A stretch of DNA of 64,000 nt, from contig CAVUWV010000015.1 of NCBI GenBank assembly GCA_963745075.1, positions 64,001 to 128,000 on the forward strand, read 5' to 3'. The first letter of the stretch is position 1; each line of letters starts with the position of its first letter. This DNA is from Candidatus Hydrogenedentota bacterium (GTDB lineage: Bacteria; Hydrogenedentota; Hydrogenedentia; Hydrogenedentales; SLHB01). Positions 60,468-64,000 of the stretch are shown here, in pieces. Under the pieces are notes generated by a model. The model was given only the letters and a program-made list of their open reading frames with translations, was not told where the DNA came from and did no database searches. Both the position numbers and the translations under genes were made by a program.

Positions 60468-61476
60468 ATTCTACTCCGGTCAGATTCTTCAAGGGAATTG
60501 GACCAGCCGCGCCTGATTTCGGTGCCAAAACACTCGCGATTTCGTTGAGAAACAATCTCCGAAGGGCATCGTACCCGCGATGGTTCGGGTCTTCAAGGTT
60601 GGAGAAATACCAATAGTGCGGGTCATCGGGGTGGTAATGCTCGCGCCACCACTGGACACAATAGACGCCATGCCCGAGGAACGGTACCCGGATATCCACG
60701 AGGTGCACGTTGTCGTGGCGCTCGGCGACATCCGCGATGACCGTGTTATACGCGCTGTGAATGGCCAGCAAGTCCTCCCAGGATGGAAGACCGGCGGCCC
60801 TCGGGTTGCCAATACCATCCGAGGGATCGTAGATGTTTGCCAGGAAGATGTGGCACCCGCCGGGGAAGACCGACGTGACTTTCGCGAGCGTCATATCGAG
60901 CCGAGTCCGGAAGTTTTCGATCCACGGCTGCGCCTCCTCGAGGCGCGCCCCGTACATCGCGCCTTCCTGCGGTTCACCCTTTCCGTACCAATGAATGAGG
61001 TCGTTGCCGCCGGTCGTCATGACGACGATCCCAAGCGTATCTTCCGGGAACGGTTTCAGGTTGGACACTTGATCGTCCCAATGCTGAAGCGAGGTAGAGC
61101 CTGACACGGAAATGTTCATCGGCGTGAGATTGGGCAGAACCGCGCTGAGACAAATGCCCTTCATGCGGTCAAACTCGTCTTTTGGGTTCTTCACGAGGCG
61201 CTCGAAATACGAGTATCCGCGATCCGCGCCGAATCCGGCCGTGACACTGTCACCGATGCCAAGCAAGACGGCCGGCCGATCCGTCCAAACTCGTTGAAAT
61301 GGTTCGCGGGGGACGGGCGGCCCCGCGGGTCCAGACCCCACCGGCGGCGGGAGCCAGAACCGGAAGGTCGCGAAATACCGGAGATACCCGAGCGTGCCGG
61401 CCATAAAGACGACACCCGCGAGCAGGAGAATGATGAGCCGCCGGCCGCGATGGATTGGGGACGCTGTCTCGTTCAT
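60448..61476 (-). CDS. SGNH/GDSL hydrolase, membrane-anchored
   Basis: GIGDSVTAG block I, SVSGSTS, TTGGND block III, DPNHRGY block V variant. Confidence 0.87.
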   Translation of the reverse strand: MNETASPIHRGRRLIILLLAGVVFMAGTLGYLRYFATFRFWLPPPVGSGPAGPPVPREPFQRVWTDRPAVLLGIGDSVTAGFGADRGYSYFERLVKNPKDEFDRMKGICLSAVLPNLTPMNISVSGSTSLQHWDDQVSNLKPFPEDTLGIVVMTTGGNDLIHWYGKGEPQEGAMYGARLEEAQPWIENFRTRLDMTLAKVTSVFPGGCHIFLANIYDPSDGIGNPRAAGLPSWEDLLAIHSAYNTVIADVAERHDNVHLVDIRVPFLGHGVYCVQWWREHYHPDDPHYWYFSNLEDPNHRGYDALRRLFLNEIASVLAPKSGAAGPIPLKNLTGVEFEQETN

Positions 61477-61494
61477 AGGTCGATCTCCTGCTTT

Positions 61495-61530
61495 CGATTA
61501 CGATTACGAGCACGATTACGATTACGAATC
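61495..61530. repeat. Hexamer tandem array (CGATTA/CGAGCA)
   Basis: CGATTA CGATTA CGAGCA CGATTA CGATTA CGAATC. Confidence 0.8.
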
Positions 61531-61633
61531 GAGATCGGATTACCCTCAAATGCTCGGTTTCTCTGGGTGCGATCAGGATACACCCTCAAATTTTCCCTTG
61601 GCGAATCGGGTATGCATGGGGTAAGGTATATTC

Positions 61634-61885
61634 AGTGAATGACACGTGGCGGCAAAGAGACTCATTGGGGAGTCGTCGGGATACGCCGGCGTCGTCGGAA
61701 AGGAGGTGGTCCATCTATGAGTAGTCCGAGTACGAATCCTGACGCCATAGTTGGACATGCCGTAGGTATGACCAAAATGGAGATTCTTGTCAAGGAGATC
61801 CTTTCGTAACTGTGGCGTTAGGAGCTACAGCGGACTGTATCTAGCACGGGGCGGCGTCCAACGGATGCCGCCCCGCGTTCCTGTT
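61634..61885 (+). ncRNA. Candidate structured RNA with extended SD-like tract and embedded short ORF
   Basis: 5' three-way junction, GAAAGGAGGTGGTCCA, 16-bp and 8-bp long-range stems whose mismatches are G-U on the plus strand, 13-bp terminal hairpin; ends estimated. Confidence 0.55.
61717..61809 (+). CDS. Possible 30-aa peptide
   Basis: MSSPSTNPDAIVGHAVGMTKMEILVKEILS behind AAGGAGGTG; lies within the paired region. Confidence 0.4.
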   Translation: MSSPSTNPDAIVGHAVGMTKMEILVKEILS

Positions 61886-61901
61886 GCGGGGGGGCCGTAT
61901 C

Positions 61902-62588
61902 ATGGGGAATGGGGATCGGAGTTACCAAATTCGCCGGGCCGTGGCACGCCCGGGATTGGACGGGGATTGGGACAGCGAGGTGTGGATGAACGCCGCGACG
62001 GCCCACATCAATCTGTTCCGTTCCGAAGGCAGCGACCATCACCCGGACGCTCGCGCCCGTGTGTTGTATGACGACGAGGGGTTGTACCTCATCTTTCGAG
62101 TCTACGACCGCTACGTTCGTTGCTTGACGACCGAGTACCAGGGGCCCGTGTACCAAGACGCTTGCGTCGAGTTTTTTGTCCAGCCTCATCCCGGTAAGGG
62201 GTATTTCAATTTTGAGATGAACTGCGGTGGCGTGCTGCTGCTGAAGTATATCGAGGACGCGACGCGCACCGACGGCGGCTTCGCGAAGTCTGTAGACGTG
62301 CCAGTGGACCTCGGATCGGACGTGGTCGCGTACCATTCGCTAAACGCGCCGATCGAACCGGAACTCGAGAACCCCCTCGAATGGCGCGTCGAGTATGCGA
62401 TCCCGTTCAGCCTCTTCGAGCATTACGTGGGTCCCTTGGGGGAGGTCGCGGGCCAGGCGTGGCGCGGCAACTTCTACAAGTGCGCGGAGAACAATTCGCA
62501 CCCCCACTGGGGGTCCTGGGCGCCCGTCGGGCGAGAGCTGAACTTCCACGTTCCGGAGCGCTTTGCCCCACTGCGGTTTGGGATGTAG
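61902..62588 (+). CDS. Carbohydrate-binding family 9-like (DOMON-like) protein
   Basis: LDGDWDSEVW, LYDDEGLY, VYQDACVEFF, YFNFEMN, WRGNFYKC, FHVPERF. Confidence 0.88.
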   Translation: MGNGDRSYQIRRAVARPGLDGDWDSEVWMNAATAHINLFRSEGSDHHPDARARVLYDDEGLYLIFRVYDRYVRCLTTEYQGPVYQDACVEFFVQPHPGKGYFNFEMNCGGVLLLKYIEDATRTDGGFAKSVDVPVDLGSDVVAYHSLNAPIEPELENPLEWRVEYAIPFSLFEHYVGPLGEVAGQAWRGNFYKCAENNSHPHWGSWAPVGRELNFHVPERFAPLRFGM

Positions 62589-62715
62589 CACGGGGATAAA
62601 GAAGGCAGCCTGCTGGCTTGCGGAGTAGTCAGGAGTCAGTCTTCCTCTCGGCGGTTCTCAAATTTGCCAAGTCCTCCGATGGAATGGCGGAAACCTCGCA
62701 CCGTTCTGTGACGCG

Positions 62716-62740
62716 TGTGGCACGGCCGCCCTCGGCTGTG
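62716..62740. repeat. Short REP-like palindrome between convergent genes
   Basis: TGTGG-CACGGCCG-CCCT-CGGCTGTG. Confidence 0.45.
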
Positions 62741-62817
62741 AATCTATTCGTACGAAAGCCAAATTGGGCAGGCACTCTGCTGGAGCACCTGCCCGGATGT
62801 CTCATATTCCTTAACGG

Positions 62818-63741
62818 TTACGCCGCTTGCCGCTTCCTCCACCGGCGATACATGACGAGGAGAATAAGCGCCGGCACGATCCACACCGGGCTCCACACGA
62901 CGATCCAGATGACCCGGGTCCAAATTCGTTGGGCAAAACCGACCAGGGACCGCACGGCCTCGGAAAACACCTTGCCGGTGCTGTAGGTTTCCGCCGGTAC
63001 GATGGGTTCGGTCCGAGCCGCTTCCTGGAGCGTGATGTTTATTGTCGAGTACGAAACCCGGTTGCCCAAGAATCGCAATTGGCCTTCGAGCCGTTCAATC
63101 TGTTCTCGGGTCCGGGTGAGTTCTTGCTCGACGCGCAACACGTCTTCCAACACCCCCGCGCGGTCGAGATGTTCGAGGAGGCGCTCCTCCGTTCGCTTCA
63201 AGTTGCGGACGCGCGCGTCCGTGTCCACGAATTGTTCGGTAACATCCTCGGTCGTCACCTGCTTGTTCAATACCTTCCCAAGGCTCTCGACCTGCAACAT
63301 GGAATGGTCGAACTGGTCCGACGGAATGCGAATCTGCATGACGACCGTTCGTTTGCCGAAGGCATTGACGGTTTCGTTCAGACCCGAAACGTATCCATTC
63401 ACCTGGGCCAGTGCCGCCGTAAGCTGGTCGGTCGCCGCCCGGGCGTCGTCGGTTTCGATGATGACCGTCGCATTCTTGATGAGGTAGCGGTCCGGCGCGC
63501 TCTGGGTCAGCAGGTCTAACCCCGTACCGCCGGATGCATCCGATGGCGAGGTGACCTTACCCGTCACAGCCGGTTCCTCTGCCGGGGCTTGGTATCCAAG
63601 CGCTTCGGCGGCCATTTGGTGCCTGCGCCCCACGTCCGCCACTGGCGCTTCCGCCTGCGTGGACGGATAGCTTCGAGGCCCTCCGCATGCCCCAACAATC
63701 AGAGCGCAAACGATTTCCACCATCAAGAGCTTCCATTTCAT
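62818..63741 (-). CDS. DUF4349 domain lipoprotein
   Basis: IVGAC lipobox; IRIPSDQF, TEDVTEQFVDTDAR, IERLEGQLRFL...YSTINI; C-terminal TM. Confidence 0.9.
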   Translation of the reverse strand: MKWKLLMVEIVCALIVGACGGPRSYPSTQAEAPVADVGRRHQMAAEALGYQAPAEEPAVTGKVTSPSDASGGTGLDLLTQSAPDRYLIKNATVIIETDDARAATDQLTAALAQVNGYVSGLNETVNAFGKRTVVMQIRIPSDQFDHSMLQVESLGKVLNKQVTTEDVTEQFVDTDARVRNLKRTEERLLEHLDRAGVLEDVLRVEQELTRTREQIERLEGQLRFLGNRVSYSTINITLQEAARTEPIVPAETYSTGKVFSEAVRSLVGFAQRIWTRVIWIVVWSPVWIVPALILLVMYRRWRKRQAA

Positions 63742-63859
63742 GGCTGCGTCCTCCCCTTGTGCCTTGCGGCATTCCGGTGTTCCTGTGCCCTTGGACACCG
63801 GGCCGGTGGGAAGGTTCGGGAATCGGGGAAGGTGAGGGAATCTTTAGCCGCTGGCGCTT

Positions 63860-64000
63860 CTAGTCTTGCTGCAACGCCCGCTTGTCGATCTTGCCGGTGG
63901 GCAGCATGGGGAGCTTGGCGTCAATCTCGAAGCGCTTGGGGACTTTGAAATTGGCGAGGCGGTCGCGGCAGTGGGCGGCCAGGGCGTCGGCGTCGACGTC
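63860..64000 (-). CDS. C-terminus of an AMP-binding acyl-CoA synthetase (partial, runs off window)
   Basis: HCRDRLANFKVPKRF...LPMLPTGKIDKRAL* (A10 motif). Confidence 0.88.
   Translation of the reverse strand, partial: DVDADALAAHCRDRLANFKVPKRFEIDAKLPMLPTGKIDKRALQQD

Noticed and set aside
61698..61713. 16S rRNA 3'-end fragment on the minus strand
   Set aside because: Match is limited to 16 nt; flanking helix 45 sequence is absent, so it is an SD-like tract and not an rRNA gene

Overview
GC-rich (roughly 60% by eye) bacterial chromosomal segment with about 52 protein genes and four tRNAs (Cys-GCA, Leu-TAA, Phe-GAA, Thr-CGT). Core genes (recD2, PPi-type phosphofructokinase, greA, carB, rsmI, priA, FKBP PPIase, SUI1/YciH, TIGR03960/TIGR03936 radical SAM fusion) are interspersed with many exported carbohydrate-active or hydrolytic enzymes (GH28-like, GH127-like, GH29, GHL6-like, CBM9-like, SGNH, metallophosphoesterase), rhaA with an NCS1-type permease, and a lutC-lutB(CCG) pair. 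The repertoire suggests a glycan-degrading, probably uncultured lineage (PVC- or Hydrogenedentota-like; inference only). Eight single-base indels split five genes and are most simply explained as long-read assembly errors. I see no CRISPR array, prophage, transposase or rRNA. The most interesting signals are absent from the ORF track: (1) a ~250-nt highly structured intergenic transcript at 61634-61885 carrying a 16-nt match to the 16S anti-Shine-Dalgarno tail and a 30-codon ORF; (2) a self-contained gene for a 31-aa Trp/Phe-rich hydrophobic peptide with a near-consensus promoter, strong RBS and terminator; (3) a 57-aa membrane protein coupled to the permease upstream of rhaA; (4) apparently catalytically dead signalling proteins (His-less, ATPase-less kinase; degenerate GGDEF); (5) several intergenic repeat families, including hairpins with GATC every 9 bp. 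All family assignments are by motif recognition, not database search.
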